NCBI GenBank assembly: GCA_964523975.1
Contig: CAZGBM010000001.1
Coordinates: forward strand, 6,116-70,115
Source of the DNA: an uncultured bacterium
Lineage (GTDB): Bacteria > Hydrothermota > UBA3072
Length of the DNA: 64,000 nucleotides
Direction: 5' to 3'
Shown in pieces: positions 1-9,745 of the stretch. How positions within the stretch are numbered: the stretch's first letter is position 1; every line of letters starts with the position of its first letter. The notes under the pieces were generated by a model. That model had not been told where the DNA came from. It made no database searches and saw only the letters and a list, made by a program, of their open reading frames with translations. Made by a program: the position numbers and the translations under genes.

Positions 1-10
1 CTGTAAGCAG

Positions 11-2167
11 TTACATTTCTTTATTCTTGCACTGGAGGCAGTAAATATAATTTTGTCTCGCATTAAATTTTTCCACCATAAAGGGAGCGCCACATTTGGA
101 ACATTCTTCGGCAACAGGCTTGTCCCATAAAACGTTATCACAATCCTCCCGGGAACAGGGATAAAAAAGCCTGCCTTTTTTAGATTTTCTTTCTACGAAT
201 TCTCCTTTACCGCACTTGGGACATTTAACGCCCGTAGAAATAGAAGCACTCCAATCGCAATTCGGATAATTGGCACAGGCTTTGAATCTCCCGAACTTTC
301 CCTGCCTCAATATTACCTTCCCGCCGCATTTGGGACATTTCTCATCGAGAATATCGTCAGCGTGAGGCTCGATATAACCTTCACAACTATCGGGATAACC
401 AGAACAGGCAATAAACTTTCCGTAACGTCCCCATTTAACCACCAAATTCCTGCCGCATTTCGGACATTTTTTATCGGTTTTTTCGCTGATGCTATCTCTA
501 ATCTCGGGGAGTTTTTCTTCAACCGAAGCCACGGAATCTTTAAAGGAATCATAGAATTTTCCAACTGATTGTTGCCAGTCTTCCTTACCTTCTTCTATTC
601 TATCCAGAGTCTCTTCCATTTTGGAAGTAAAACCACAATTAATTATCGTGGAACCGAAATTAGAAACCAAAACCTTATTGACAATTTTGCCAATTTCTTC
701 CGGCACAAGAAATCCTTTGATTTTCTTTATGTAATTTCTTATCAAGAGAGTCGACATAGTAGGAGCATAAGTGCTGGGTCTCCCTATACCTAATTTTTCC
801 ATTTCCCTGACCATCGTTGCTTCGGAATATCTTGCCGGAGGCTCCGTCGTCTTTTTTTCATCCTGGAGTTTAGCAAGCCGAACCGAATCCCCTATCTCCA
901 TCAAAGGTATTTCCGCCTGTTCTTTCGGAGGAGAAAGAACTTTATAAAAACCTTCGAATTTCAAACCCTTTGAAGAACCCTTGAATTCATAGGGAGAACT
1001 TTCGACAGTAACTCTGCGAGTATCGAAAACCGCTGGTGTAAACTGGCTCGCCAGGGCTCTTTCCCAGACGAGTTTATAAATTTTATATTCGTCAGGAGTC
1101 AAATATTCCTTGATTGAATCCGGTATCTTATTTATATCGGTTGGTCTAATTGCCTCATGTGCTTCCTGTGCAGTTTTCTTCGATTTGAATATGTTGGGTT
1201 TCGAAGGAAGATAAGCATCTCCATATTTATCTTTAATAAACTGCCTCATACTTTCTTCCGCATCTTTAGAAATCCTGAAGGAATCCGTCCTCATATAAGT
1301 AATAAGACCCATAGTTCCTTCCGGAAGTGCAATACCTTCGTATAGTTTCTGGGCTACAAACATCGTTTTCTTTATAGCAAATCCGTAACTATTGGAAGCA
1401 CCTCTTTGCAGAGTACTCGTTATCAAAGGAGGAAAAGGAGATTGCCTGGTATCTTCTCTTTTAAACTCTTTGATTTTAAATTCGGCATTTTTCAAATCTT
1501 TTTTTATTTTTTCCATTTGCTCCGGACTTAAAACCTTCGCCTTTTTCCCATCAATCTTTTCAAGAAAAGCCTCGAATTCTCCATTGGGATGAATAAAATT
1601 CCCGTCAAACACCCAGTAATCCTGCGGAATAAATTTGGCTATTTCTTCTTCCCTTTCGCAGATAAGACGAAGAACCACGCTCTGAACCCTCCCCGCAGAT
1701 AAGCCTTTCCTAATGGCTTTCCAGAGTAAAGGACTGATTTTATATCCTACCAGCCGGTCCAGAATCCTTCTTGTCCTCTGAGACATAACTTTATTCATAT
1801 CTATATCGCCTGGTTCTTCAATACCTTTAGTTATGCCGTTTTTGGTCATTTCGAAGAATAAAACTCTTTTGGGCGCAACCGGAAGTTCTTCCGCAAGGTG
1901 ATAGGCAATAGCCTCTCCTTCCCTGTCCGGGTCGGTTGCGATGAAAACTCTATCGCTTTTCTTGCTTTCCTTTACTATCTGTTTAACAATTTTACTTTTT
2001 CCTTTTATTATTTTATAATCCGGCTTGAATCCATTATCGATATCTATACCCATCTTACTCTTGGGAAGATCCTTGATATGACCCATCGTTGCCATAACTT
2101 TTGTTTTCTTTAGATAATTTGTTATTGTTCCGGCTTTTGCCGGAGATTCAACAATTATTAAATCCAT
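11..2167 (-). CDS. topA: DNA topoisomerase I with C-terminal CxxC zinc-ribbon repeats
   Basis: 718 aa; TOPRIM N-terminus (MDLIIVESPAKA...), Topo IA core, and several C-terminal CPKCG...C zinc fingers. Confidence 0.9.
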   Translation of the reverse strand: MDLIIVESPAKAGTITNYLKKTKVMATMGHIKDLPKSKMGIDIDNGFKPDYKIIKGKSKIVKQIVKESKKSDRVFIATDPDREGEAIAYHLAEELPVAPKRVLFFEMTKNGITKGIEEPGDIDMNKVMSQRTRRILDRLVGYKISPLLWKAIRKGLSAGRVQSVVLRLICEREEEIAKFIPQDYWVFDGNFIHPNGEFEAFLEKIDGKKAKVLSPEQMEKIKKDLKNAEFKIKEFKREDTRQSPFPPLITSTLQRGASNSYGFAIKKTMFVAQKLYEGIALPEGTMGLITYMRTDSFRISKDAEESMRQFIKDKYGDAYLPSKPNIFKSKKTAQEAHEAIRPTDINKIPDSIKEYLTPDEYKIYKLVWERALASQFTPAVFDTRRVTVESSPYEFKGSSKGLKFEGFYKVLSPPKEQAEIPLMEIGDSVRLAKLQDEKKTTEPPARYSEATMVREMEKLGIGRPSTYAPTMSTLLIRNYIKKIKGFLVPEEIGKIVNKVLVSNFGSTIINCGFTSKMEETLDRIEEGKEDWQQSVGKFYDSFKDSVASVEEKLPEIRDSISEKTDKKCPKCGRNLVVKWGRYGKFIACSGYPDSCEGYIEPHADDILDEKCPKCGGKVILRQGKFGRFKACANYPNCDWSASISTGVKCPKCGKGEFVERKSKKGRLFYPCSREDCDNVLWDKPVAEECSKCGAPFMVEKFNARQNYIYCLQCKNKEM

Positions 2168-2239
2168 AACATTACTTCCGTCATTATATTTTTAACCAGT
2201 AAACTTTTTTAAACATATTACATTTAGTCTCGTTTTTAT

Positions 2240-2505
2240 AGTAAATAAAATATCAAAATTTAAAAAGCAAAATGACAAATAAAAATGCAAAATTATCTTT
2301 AAATCCCCACCCAAAGCAACCCATTTTTTAACAACAAATTGCACAAATTTCACGAATAATTTTTTTTGTTTTTTCAACTCGAAACTCGCAACCCGAAACA
2401 ACAGTTAATATTTGTGTTATTCGTGTGATTCGTTGTTTCTATTTTTAATTCATTTTTGAATTTTAATCTGTCATTTTCCATTTTGATATTTGATTTTTGC
2501 ACTCC
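2240..2505. mobile_element. MITE-like internally deleted copy of the IVS-like element (two inverted arms plus internal modules)
   Basis: Arm 2243-2297 and inverted arm 2447-2502. Only an 11-codon remnant (MENDRLKFKNE...) of the four-helix-bundle ORF remains. The interior carries the shared modules cacccattttttaacaacaaattgcacaaatttcac and attcgtgtgattcgttgtttct. Confidence 0.55.
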
Positions 2506-2529
2506 AATAATTTAACCCTCCAAAATTCC

Positions 2530-3558
2530 TTAGTGTCTTCGTGTCTTAGTGGCTGTACCTTTATTTAAAAATTTAATCAGTTCTTTCATATCATCATAAA
2601 GCGGCGCGGTAAAAATCATCTTCTTTTTCTTCACAGGATGAGTAAATTCGATTAATGCGGCATGAAGCGCCTGCCTATCTATAATCCCCATTATCTTATC
2701 GAAAGTATCTTTATAGTCAAGCCCTATTTCCCTCAAAATTATTTTATCTCTGCCTCCATAATCCGGGTCACCAATCACAGGGTAACCAAAATGCGAAAGA
2801 TGAACTCTGATTTGATGTGTCCTTCCCGTTTCCAGCATAACTTTTAGTATAGAAGCAAACCCATACGAATGTAGAACTTCAAATCGCGTAAGCGAGTCGC
2901 GTGAGTTCAACGGGGTAACCGCCATAAGCTTTCTGTCAAAAGAATTCCTCCCTATAGGTGAACTTATCTCGCCCTCTTTCATCGGAGGCGTTCCCCAGAC
3001 CACAGCCAGGTAAATTTTCCTAACTTGCCTTTTCTGAAATTGGCTGGCAATCTTAGAATGAACCCTTTCGGTTTTCGCAAACACTATAACCCCCGTGGTA
3101 TCCTCATCAAGTCTATGTATAACTCCGGGTCTTGCAAGACTCGAACCTTCCGCAAGAGTAGAACAATGATGTAAAAGTGCGTTAACGAGCGTACCGTCGG
3201 AATTCCCTTTCGCGGGATGTACGACTATGCCTTTTTGTTTATTTAAAACGATTATATCCTTATCTTCATATAAAATCGAGATCGGTATTTCCTGAGGCTT
3301 TATCTCAAAAGGCACAACCGCCTCATAGACCGCTTCAATTACATCTCCCCTCTTTACCTTGTAGGACGGTTTGGAACTTTCACCATTTACAAGGATTTCT
3401 CTATCTTTTATTTTTTTCTTTATATTACTTCTACTAAAAGGAAGACTGGTTTTAGACAAGTATGTGTCAAGTCTTATATTTTCGCTTCTGACTTCTTCCC
3501 GCCATGTCTTGGTAACACCAGAATCGCCGTTTTTATTATTTTCCATAGAATCTACCAA
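2530..3558 (-). CDS. rluD: 23S rRNA pseudouridine synthase, RluA/RluD family with N-terminal S4 domain
   Basis: 342 aa; S4-like region followed by the HRLDEDTTGVIVFAKT catalytic motif. Confidence 0.85.
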   Translation of the reverse strand: MVDSMENNKNGDSGVTKTWREEVRSENIRLDTYLSKTSLPFSRSNIKKKIKDREILVNGESSKPSYKVKRGDVIEAVYEAVVPFEIKPQEIPISILYEDKDIIVLNKQKGIVVHPAKGNSDGTLVNALLHHCSTLAEGSSLARPGVIHRLDEDTTGVIVFAKTERVHSKIASQFQKRQVRKIYLAVVWGTPPMKEGEISSPIGRNSFDRKLMAVTPLNSRDSLTRFEVLHSYGFASILKVMLETGRTHQIRVHLSHFGYPVIGDPDYGGRDKIILREIGLDYKDTFDKIMGIIDRQALHAALIEFTHPVKKKKMIFTAPLYDDMKELIKFLNKGTATKTRRH

Positions 3559-3595
3559 AGATATTTAAACAATTGACTTAATTCCATAGAATATG

Positions 3596-3815
3596 AAATA
3601 TTAAAAATTAAAAAGCAAAATGACAAATTAAAATGCAAAAACTAAAAATAAAAGGACGCAGTTGCTCGCAGATAAAAAAAGATTTTTGATTTGTTACTTT
3701 TCCCAAGAACCAACTACTAACTAATAATATATGATTCGTTATTTCTTTGCTTTTTGAATCATTTTTGAATTTTGATTTGTATTTTTCCATTTTGATATTT
3801 GATTTTTACATTTTT
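3596..3815. mobile_element. MITE-like internally deleted copy of the IVS-like element
   Basis: Arm 3596-3650 and inverted arm 3752-3812. The internal 60-aa ORF (3608-3790, minus) starts MEKYKSKFKN like the intact gene and then degenerates. Confidence 0.55.
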
Positions 3816-3879
3816 ACGGATTTGTATTTCCAAGCTGTTTATTTATTACTGCTTGACCCTTCTTTAAATAGCTCAAACT

Positions 3880-4593
3880 TCACTTTACTCCGAGCGCTTC
3901 TTTTTGCCTGGCAATAAGATTTTTTATTCCTTCTCTACCGATTTCAATCAATTTGTCAAGTTCTTCTTTCCTGAAAGGTCTTCTTTCCGCAGTACCCTGA
4001 ACTTCGATTACCCCTCCTTCTTCGTCCATCACGAGATTAATATCGGCATCGGCACTAGAATCCTCTTCGAAATTAAGGTCAAGGAAAATCTCATCATTAA
4101 TAATACCTCCTGAAACAGCCGCAACCCAGCGTTTTAAAGGAACTTTTCTAATCTCTTTCATAGCAACCATCTGGCGAAGAAGCTCATAGACCGATACTAC
4201 TCCAGCAGTTATTGACGCCGCCCTTGTGCCTCCATCTGCCTGAATAACATCACAATCCACAATAATGGTTTTCTCGCCTAATAAATCCATATCGAACGCC
4301 TGTCTTACGGAACGGCCTATCAATCTCTGAATCTCATAGATTCTACCGGATAAGCCATCCCTTTCTCTGTTTTGTCTTGAGTTACAGCTTTTGGGTAACA
4401 TACCGTATTGCGCCGTTATCCAGCCCTGCCCAAAACCTTTAAGAAAAGAAGGTACCGAATCGTTAATAGTCGAGGAAACAAGAACAATCGTATTTCCCTG
4501 TTCTATCAAGACCGAAGCCGGAACCAGCTTAAGATAATTAACCTGTATTTCTACCGGACGTATTTTATTCTTTTCTCTTCTCTTCCTGGACAT
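3880..4593 (-). CDS. rph: Ribonuclease PH
   Basis: 237 aa; RPVEIQVNYLK...GSVLIEQGNT...IQADGGTR motifs typical of RNase PH. Confidence 0.9.
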   Translation of the reverse strand: MSRKRREKNKIRPVEIQVNYLKLVPASVLIEQGNTIVLVSSTINDSVPSFLKGFGQGWITAQYGMLPKSCNSRQNRERDGLSGRIYEIQRLIGRSVRQAFDMDLLGEKTIIVDCDVIQADGGTRAASITAGVVSVYELLRQMVAMKEIRKVPLKRWVAAVSGGIINDEIFLDLNFEEDSSADADINLVMDEEGGVIEVQGTAERRPFRKEELDKLIEIGREGIKNLIARQKEALGVK

Positions 4594-4927
4594 TCCTGCT
4601 CTTATCTTTCATTGTTATATTCCCATCGATCGTCACACCTTCATCAACCACCAATTTTTTACATTTGATATCTCCATCTATTTCAGCAGTAGCATGAAGG
4701 AGAACACAATTTTCTATGACTACTTGGCCTGTACATTTCCCGGAAATATTCGCTTCCTTAGCTTTTATATCTCCTTCAATTACTCCTGTTTCTCCTACTA
4801 TAACAGATTCAGTCGCCTCAATCTCGCCTTTTAGTTTTCCATCAATTCTAATAGAACCGTTTACCCGTATCTTACCATCAATCGTAGAGCCTTTATGAAA
4901 AACGTTCATTATTGCATCTTGTCGCAT
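4565..4927 (-). CDS. Bactofilin (polymer-forming cytoskeletal protein)
   Basis: 120 aa; repetitive beta-helical G(K/E)I.GDIK pattern typical of the bactofilin DUF583 domain; overlaps the rph start by 29 nt. Confidence 0.8.
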   Translation of the reverse strand: MRQDAIMNVFHKGSTIDGKIRVNGSIRIDGKLKGEIEATESVIVGETGVIEGDIKAKEANISGKCTGQVVIENCVLLHATAEIDGDIKCKKLVVDEGVTIDGNITMKDKSRNVQEEKRKE

Positions 4928-4929
4928 AA

Positions 4930-5703
4930 TTACCTCCTGATTAGTAAATAATTAATTGGGTTAACCCACGTCCCCTGCATTTGTAAAGCATAGTGCAGAT
5001 GAGGAGCATCACTTCTTCCGCTACTACCGGAAAGAGCGACCAGCTCGTTCTTTTTAACCTCTTGTCCTTCCCGAACCAGAATCTCACTCAAATGACCGTA
5101 AACTATTGCAAAACCCTCATCGTTACGAATTTCCAGCGTTTTGCCGAGATATTCTCTATCTCCGGCAAAAAATACCCTTCCGTCCATCGTAGAATAAAGG
5201 GACGTTCCTTCCTTCAAAGATATGTCAAGCGCTTTATGGTCGTCGGAAAACTTCTTGCTCAACCATCCCTCCGATGTAGGCAAAATATTAGGAATAAAAT
5301 CCTGTAATAGCAAAGCCTCTTCTTCCAACGCTTCAACTCCGCTTAAATCATTGTATTCCGGAGATTTCTTAACTTCTTCAGTCTTATAAAATTCATCCAG
5401 TGAAATTTCAAGACCAAGAGCTTTATTTAATTTATCGGCGACATCGTAAAGTTTTTTTATCTTACTGTTAAGTTTTGCAATCTCGAGTCCCCTGTTATCA
5501 AGATACGCAACTTTTTTCTTCAATAAATTGTATTCCGCTTTATTTACAATCAATTCCCCAACACCTACGGAAAAATACACAATTGTGCCTATTATCAAAA
5601 AAATGAGCACACCCCAGAATACCACCATTTTCCCGGATAAATGTATCTCTTTAACTTCGCCGTTTTCTGGAATAATTTGGATTGTATAATTTTTAATTAT
5701 CAT
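4930..5703 (-). CDS. Membrane-anchored M23/LytM family metallopeptidase
   Basis: 257 aa; N-terminal TM helix, coiled coil, M23 motifs (H..LDI, GHLSEI, SGRSDAPHLHY). Confidence 0.8.
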   Translation of the reverse strand: MIIKNYTIQIIPENGEVKEIHLSGKMVVFWGVLIFLIIGTIVYFSVGVGELIVNKAEYNLLKKKVAYLDNRGLEIAKLNSKIKKLYDVADKLNKALGLEISLDEFYKTEEVKKSPEYNDLSGVEALEEEALLLQDFIPNILPTSEGWLSKKFSDDHKALDISLKEGTSLYSTMDGRVFFAGDREYLGKTLEIRNDEGFAIVYGHLSEILVREGQEVKKNELVALSGSSGRSDAPHLHYALQMQGTWVNPINYLLIRR

Positions 5704-5720
5704 CGCTGACTTTTAAAACT

Positions 5721-6530
5721 CTATTTTTTTCCTTTAATTATTATATCGATGATTCTTTCTAAATCCTCAATCGAATAAAATTCTATTATTAAATGACTTT
5801 TTCTCTTTCCGGTCTTTATCATTACTTCAGTATTAAACAAGTGCATGAGTTCTTCCCTCAAATCTTTATATTCCGAAGATATCTCTTTAGTCTTTTTCTT
5901 TACTGAAGCTCTTTCTGTTTCTCTTACTGTTTTCTCACTTTCTATTATGCTTTTTAATTCCTTTAAAATCTTATTTTTATCTTCGAAACCCAAAAGCGCT
6001 CTGGCATGACCCTCGGTTATTTTATTTTCGGATAAAGCTCGTTTTACCTCTTCGGGAAGAGAAAGCAATCTCATCTTATTGGTTACAGTTGTTCTTGCCT
6101 TTCCAACTCTTTCGGCTATTTCTTCCTGGGTAAGATTAAACCCAACATTCAACTTATAATAAGCATTGGCTTCCTCAATAGGGTTTAAATCTTCTCTCTG
6201 TATATTTTCAATAATGGCAATTTCGAGCACCTCCCTGTCGGAAAGCCTCCTGAAAACTGCGGGTATTTCTTTGAGACCTGCCCTTTTCGCTGCCTCAAAA
6301 CGACGGTGTCCGTAAACCAATTCGTATCTACCATCTTCTGCTTTTCTGAGCAGAACTGGCTGCAAAATTCCATTCTGCTTTATCGACGCTACAAGCTCCT
6401 TTAAATCTTCTTCATTGATTCTATTTCTCGGCTGCAGGGGAGAATGAAATATCTGCCCTATCGGTATTTTATCTTCCTCTATCTGAGGAATAAGAGCATC
6501 AAACCCTTTGCCAAGTGCCCGTCTTACCAT
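5721..6530 (-). CDS. parB: Chromosome partitioning protein ParB
   Basis: 269 aa; ParB/Spo0J N-terminal box (GKGFDALIP, GILQPVLLRK) and HTH. Confidence 0.85.
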   Translation of the reverse strand: MVRRALGKGFDALIPQIEEDKIPIGQIFHSPLQPRNRINEEDLKELVASIKQNGILQPVLLRKAEDGRYELVYGHRRFEAAKRAGLKEIPAVFRRLSDREVLEIAIIENIQREDLNPIEEANAYYKLNVGFNLTQEEIAERVGKARTTVTNKMRLLSLPEEVKRALSENKITEGHARALLGFEDKNKILKELKSIIESEKTVRETERASVKKKTKEISSEYKDLREELMHLFNTEVMIKTGKRKSHLIIEFYSIEDLERIIDIIIKGKK

Positions 6531-7281
6531 TTCTACGCATTACCTCCAGCGCAAGCATTTTATAAACTTCAGCACCTCTTGATCCAGGATCATAATCAAA
6601 AATATTTTTCCCATAACTCGGAGCTTCTGCAAGTCTAACATTCCTCGGAATTATGACCTCATACACTTTATCTCCGAAATACTTACAAACCTCGGTAGTA
6701 ACATCATTGGCAAGATTCAATCTTGTATCAAAAAGGGTTAAAAGAACCCCCTCGATAGTCAGCCTGGAATTTAACTCCTTCTGAATACTCCTAACGGTAT
6801 TTAAAAGTTTGCTTAAACCTTCCATCGCATAAAACTCCGTCTGAATAGGAATCAATACGGAGTCAGAACCGACCAGGGTGTTTACGGTAAGCAGTCCAAG
6901 CGAAGGAGGAGAATCAATCAAAATAAAATCGTATTCTCTCTTAAGCGTCATTATTTTACGCTTCAGCTGCATTTCTCTTCCTCTGACATTGACAAGTTCA
7001 ACTTCAGCTCCCACAAGAGAAATATCCGATGGAATAATATCCAGACCATCAATATTTGTCTTTTTTATTACTTCTTCCGGATTTTTTCCTTTTACAAGCA
7101 TATCATATACAGTCGGAGATTTGCCTGTAAAACCTAAACCACTTGTCGCATTCGACTGGGGATCCATATCGATTATCAGAGAACGTTGTTTATAAAGCGC
7201 AAGCGCGGCAGCCAGGTTTATTGCAGTAGTGGTTTTACCCACGCCACCTTTCTGGTTAACTATCGAGATACTTTTCCCCAT
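6499..7281 (-). CDS. parA: Chromosome partitioning ATPase ParA/Soj
   Basis: 260 aa; deviant Walker A KGGVGKTT; overlaps parB by 32 nt. Confidence 0.9.
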   Translation of the reverse strand: MGKSISIVNQKGGVGKTTTAINLAAALALYKQRSLIIDMDPQSNATSGLGFTGKSPTVYDMLVKGKNPEEVIKKTNIDGLDIIPSDISLVGAEVELVNVRGREMQLKRKIMTLKREYDFILIDSPPSLGLLTVNTLVGSDSVLIPIQTEFYAMEGLSKLLNTVRSIQKELNSRLTIEGVLLTLFDTRLNLANDVTTEVCKYFGDKVYEVIIPRNVRLAEAPSYGKNIFDYDPGSRGAEVYKMLALEVMRRNGKTGTWQRV

Positions 7282-7287
7282 ACCGCC

Positions 7288-9741
7288 TTAGATAACTTCT
7301 GCGACAGAACGAGACGAGAAAAATATTAAATCGTTGCCTTCTATGGAAACCACAATTTTATTTCCCTTCTCCCATTTCCCCTTTAAGAACCCTTCTGCCA
7401 ACTTATCTTCCAACTGCCTCTGCATAACTCTCTTTAGAGGCCTGGCTCCGAATTCGGGGTCAAAACCCTTCTCGATAAGGAATTCTTTCGCTTCTTCAGT
7501 AAGAGAAATCTCAAAACCCTTTTCCTCTACTCTCTCCCTTACCTCGTCGAAAAATATATCCACGATTAAAGCCATCATCTTTCTATCAAGAGACTGAAAA
7601 ACGATACTTTCATCTATCCTGTTTAGAAATTCAGGATTGAATTTATCTTTAATTTCCTCAAGAAGATATTCTTTCATCTGTTCATAGTCGATTCCTTTAT
7701 CGGGTTTCTTAAAACCAACATGTGTTCCGCGCATTATCTCCTTAGACCCTATATTCGAGGTCATAATGATAACAGTATTTTTAAAAGAGACTTTTCTGCC
7801 ATACGCATCCGTAAGCGTACCTTCATCAAACACCTGAAGAAGAATGTTGTAAACGTCAGGATGGGCTTTCTCTATTTCGTCCAGAAGGATTACAGCGTAA
7901 GGTCTTCTTCTGACAGCCTCGGTCAGAAGTCCACCCTCATCATATCCGACATACCCCGGAGGTGCTCCTATCAATTTGGAAACATTGAATCTCTCCATAA
8001 ATTCACTCATATCAATCCTGACCAGAGCTTCTTCCGTATTGAAAAGGAATTTTGCGAGTTGTTTTGCGAGTTCGGTCTTTCCCACACCGGTAGGCCCAAG
8101 AAAGAGAAAAGCGCCTAAAGGTCTTTTCATATCACGGAGACCCGCTCTGCTTCTTCGTATCGCACGAGAAACAACTTTAATTGCCTCATCCTGTCCCACC
8201 AATCTCTTTTTGATTTCTTCTTCCATAGAAAGAAGACGCTCGGTCTCTTCTTCTCTCAGCCGTTTAAGAGGAATCCCGGTCCACAGAGAAATGACTTCTC
8301 TTATATCGTCTTCCGTAACTTCGACTTTCTCGAGACCCCCGTACCTACCCCAGTCTTCTAAACTTTTCTCCAATTTTCTTTCGATTTCATCTCTCCTGTC
8401 ACGCAGTTCAATTGCCACTTCATATTTTCCCTCTTCTCTGGCTTTCATCAACTCCTCTTTAACTTCCCGCAGTTGCCCCTCCAGCTTCACGATTTCATCA
8501 GGCACTTTTGTTTCTCTTAACCTGACTTTAGCTCCGGTTTCGTCAAGAACATCGATCGCCTTGTCAGGAAGACTCCTGTCGGTAATATATTGACAGGAAA
8601 GTTTTACCGCTGCTTTGATCACTTTATCAGTATAAACAACTTTATGAAAATCCTCATATTTACGCTTGATACCCTTCAAAATATCTATCGTTTCATCTAT
8701 CGTAGGCGGGTCTATGAGAACCATCTGCAATCGGCGTTCCAGAGCACCATCTTTCTCTATATATTTCCTGTACTCCTCGGTAGTAGTAGCCCCAATTGTT
8801 TGAATCTCTCCCCTTGCCAGAACAGGTTTCAACATATTGGAAGCATCTATGGCTCCCTCTGCAGCTCCGGCACCTACGATAGTATGCATCTCATCGATAA
8901 AAAGAATATTCTCCGAATCTTTCAACGACTCTAAAATCTGTTTCAATCTTTTCTCGAATTGACCGCGATACTTCGTTCCGGCTATAACGGAAGCCAAATC
9001 CATCGAAAGAATTTTCTTACCCTGCAACATCTTGGGTATTCCACCGGAAATTATTCTCTGCGCGAGTCCTTCCACTATCGCAGTCTTACCTACACCGGGG
9101 TCACCCACAAGCACGGGATTATTCTTTTTTCTCCGACATAAAGTTTGAATAACCCTCTCCATTTCGCCCTCTCTGCCGATAACGGGGTCGATTTTTCCCC
9201 GCTTCGCAAGGTCGGTAAGGTCTCTTGTATAAAAATCCAGAGTTCTATCGCCGGTGGTTCTAGACTTTTCTTTATCCCTGTCGCCTAATTTTTCCTTTTC
9301 AAAAAGGTCAAGAAGCATCTGTTTCGCCAGATAATAATCCAGTTCTTCAGGCTTCAAAACTTCAATAAATGCACCTTCTTTCACCTTAAGCAAAGCCAGG
9401 AGAAGATGTTCGGTACCTATTATCTGCCTGCCAAGCATCAAAGCTTCTTCTTTAGCTTGCTCAAGAATATTAAGAGAATCTTCAGATAATCCGACAGGTT
9501 GTTCTTCCACCATCAAACTCTCTCTGTGTCCTCCAACAAGCCTCTGAATACGATTTTCAAGCACTTCGATATCTATTCCCGCTTCTTCAATTATGGTAAC
9601 CGCAACATTGCTACCGTGCTTTAATATCGCCAGAAAAAGAACGACTGGGGTCACTTCGTTTAACCCGGCTTCCTGTGTTAAATCTTTCGCTATCTTTACG
9701 ACATCTATAAGTTTTTTGGTAAAGCTTTCATCCATAAACAT
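7288..9741 (-). CDS. clpC: ATP-dependent Clp protease ATP-binding subunit ClpC (two AAA+ modules, UVR linker)
   Basis: 817 aa; duplicated Clp-N domain, NBD1 [18 protein letters not shown]-like coiled-coil linker, NBD2 [12 protein letters not shown]. Confidence 0.85.
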   Translation of the reverse strand: MFMDESFTKKLIDVVKIAKDLTQEAGLNEVTPVVLFLAILKHGSNVAVTIIEEAGIDIEVLENRIQRLVGGHRESLMVEEQPVGLSEDSLNILEQAKEEALMLGRQIIGTEHLLLALLKVKEGAFIEVLKPEELDYYLAKQMLLDLFEKEKLGDRDKEKSRTTGDRTLDFYTRDLTDLAKRGKIDPVIGREGEMERVIQTLCRRKKNNPVLVGDPGVGKTAIVEGLAQRIISGGIPKMLQGKKILSMDLASVIAGTKYRGQFEKRLKQILESLKDSENILFIDEMHTIVGAGAAEGAIDASNMLKPVLARGEIQTIGATTTEEYRKYIEKDGALERRLQMVLIDPPTIDETIDILKGIKRKYEDFHKVVYTDKVIKAAVKLSCQYITDRSLPDKAIDVLDETGAKVRLRETKVPDEIVKLEGQLREVKEELMKAREEGKYEVAIELRDRRDEIERKLEKSLEDWGRYGGLEKVEVTEDDIREVISLWTGIPLKRLREEETERLLSMEEEIKKRLVGQDEAIKVVSRAIRRSRAGLRDMKRPLGAFLFLGPTGVGKTELAKQLAKFLFNTEEALVRIDMSEFMERFNVSKLIGAPPGYVGYDEGGLLTEAVRRRPYAVILLDEIEKAHPDVYNILLQVFDEGTLTDAYGRKVSFKNTVIIMTSNIGSKEIMRGTHVGFKKPDKGIDYEQMKEYLLEEIKDKFNPEFLNRIDESIVFQSLDRKMMALIVDIFFDEVRERVEEKGFEISLTEEAKEFLIEKGFDPEFGARPLKRVMQRQLEDKLAEGFLKGKWEKGNKIVVSIEGNDLIFFSSRSVAEVI

Positions 9742-9745
9742 AATT

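Noticed and set aside
7976-8593. Antisense ORFs inside large genes, e.g. the 205-aa plus-strand ORF within clpC, 20944-21576 within the 782-aa gene, 25096-25539 within an ABC-2 permease
   Set aside because: They lie wholly inside well-supported genes on the opposite strand, have Ser/Leu/Ile-rich low-complexity translations typical of antisense AT-rich frames, and lack RBS or promoter signals.
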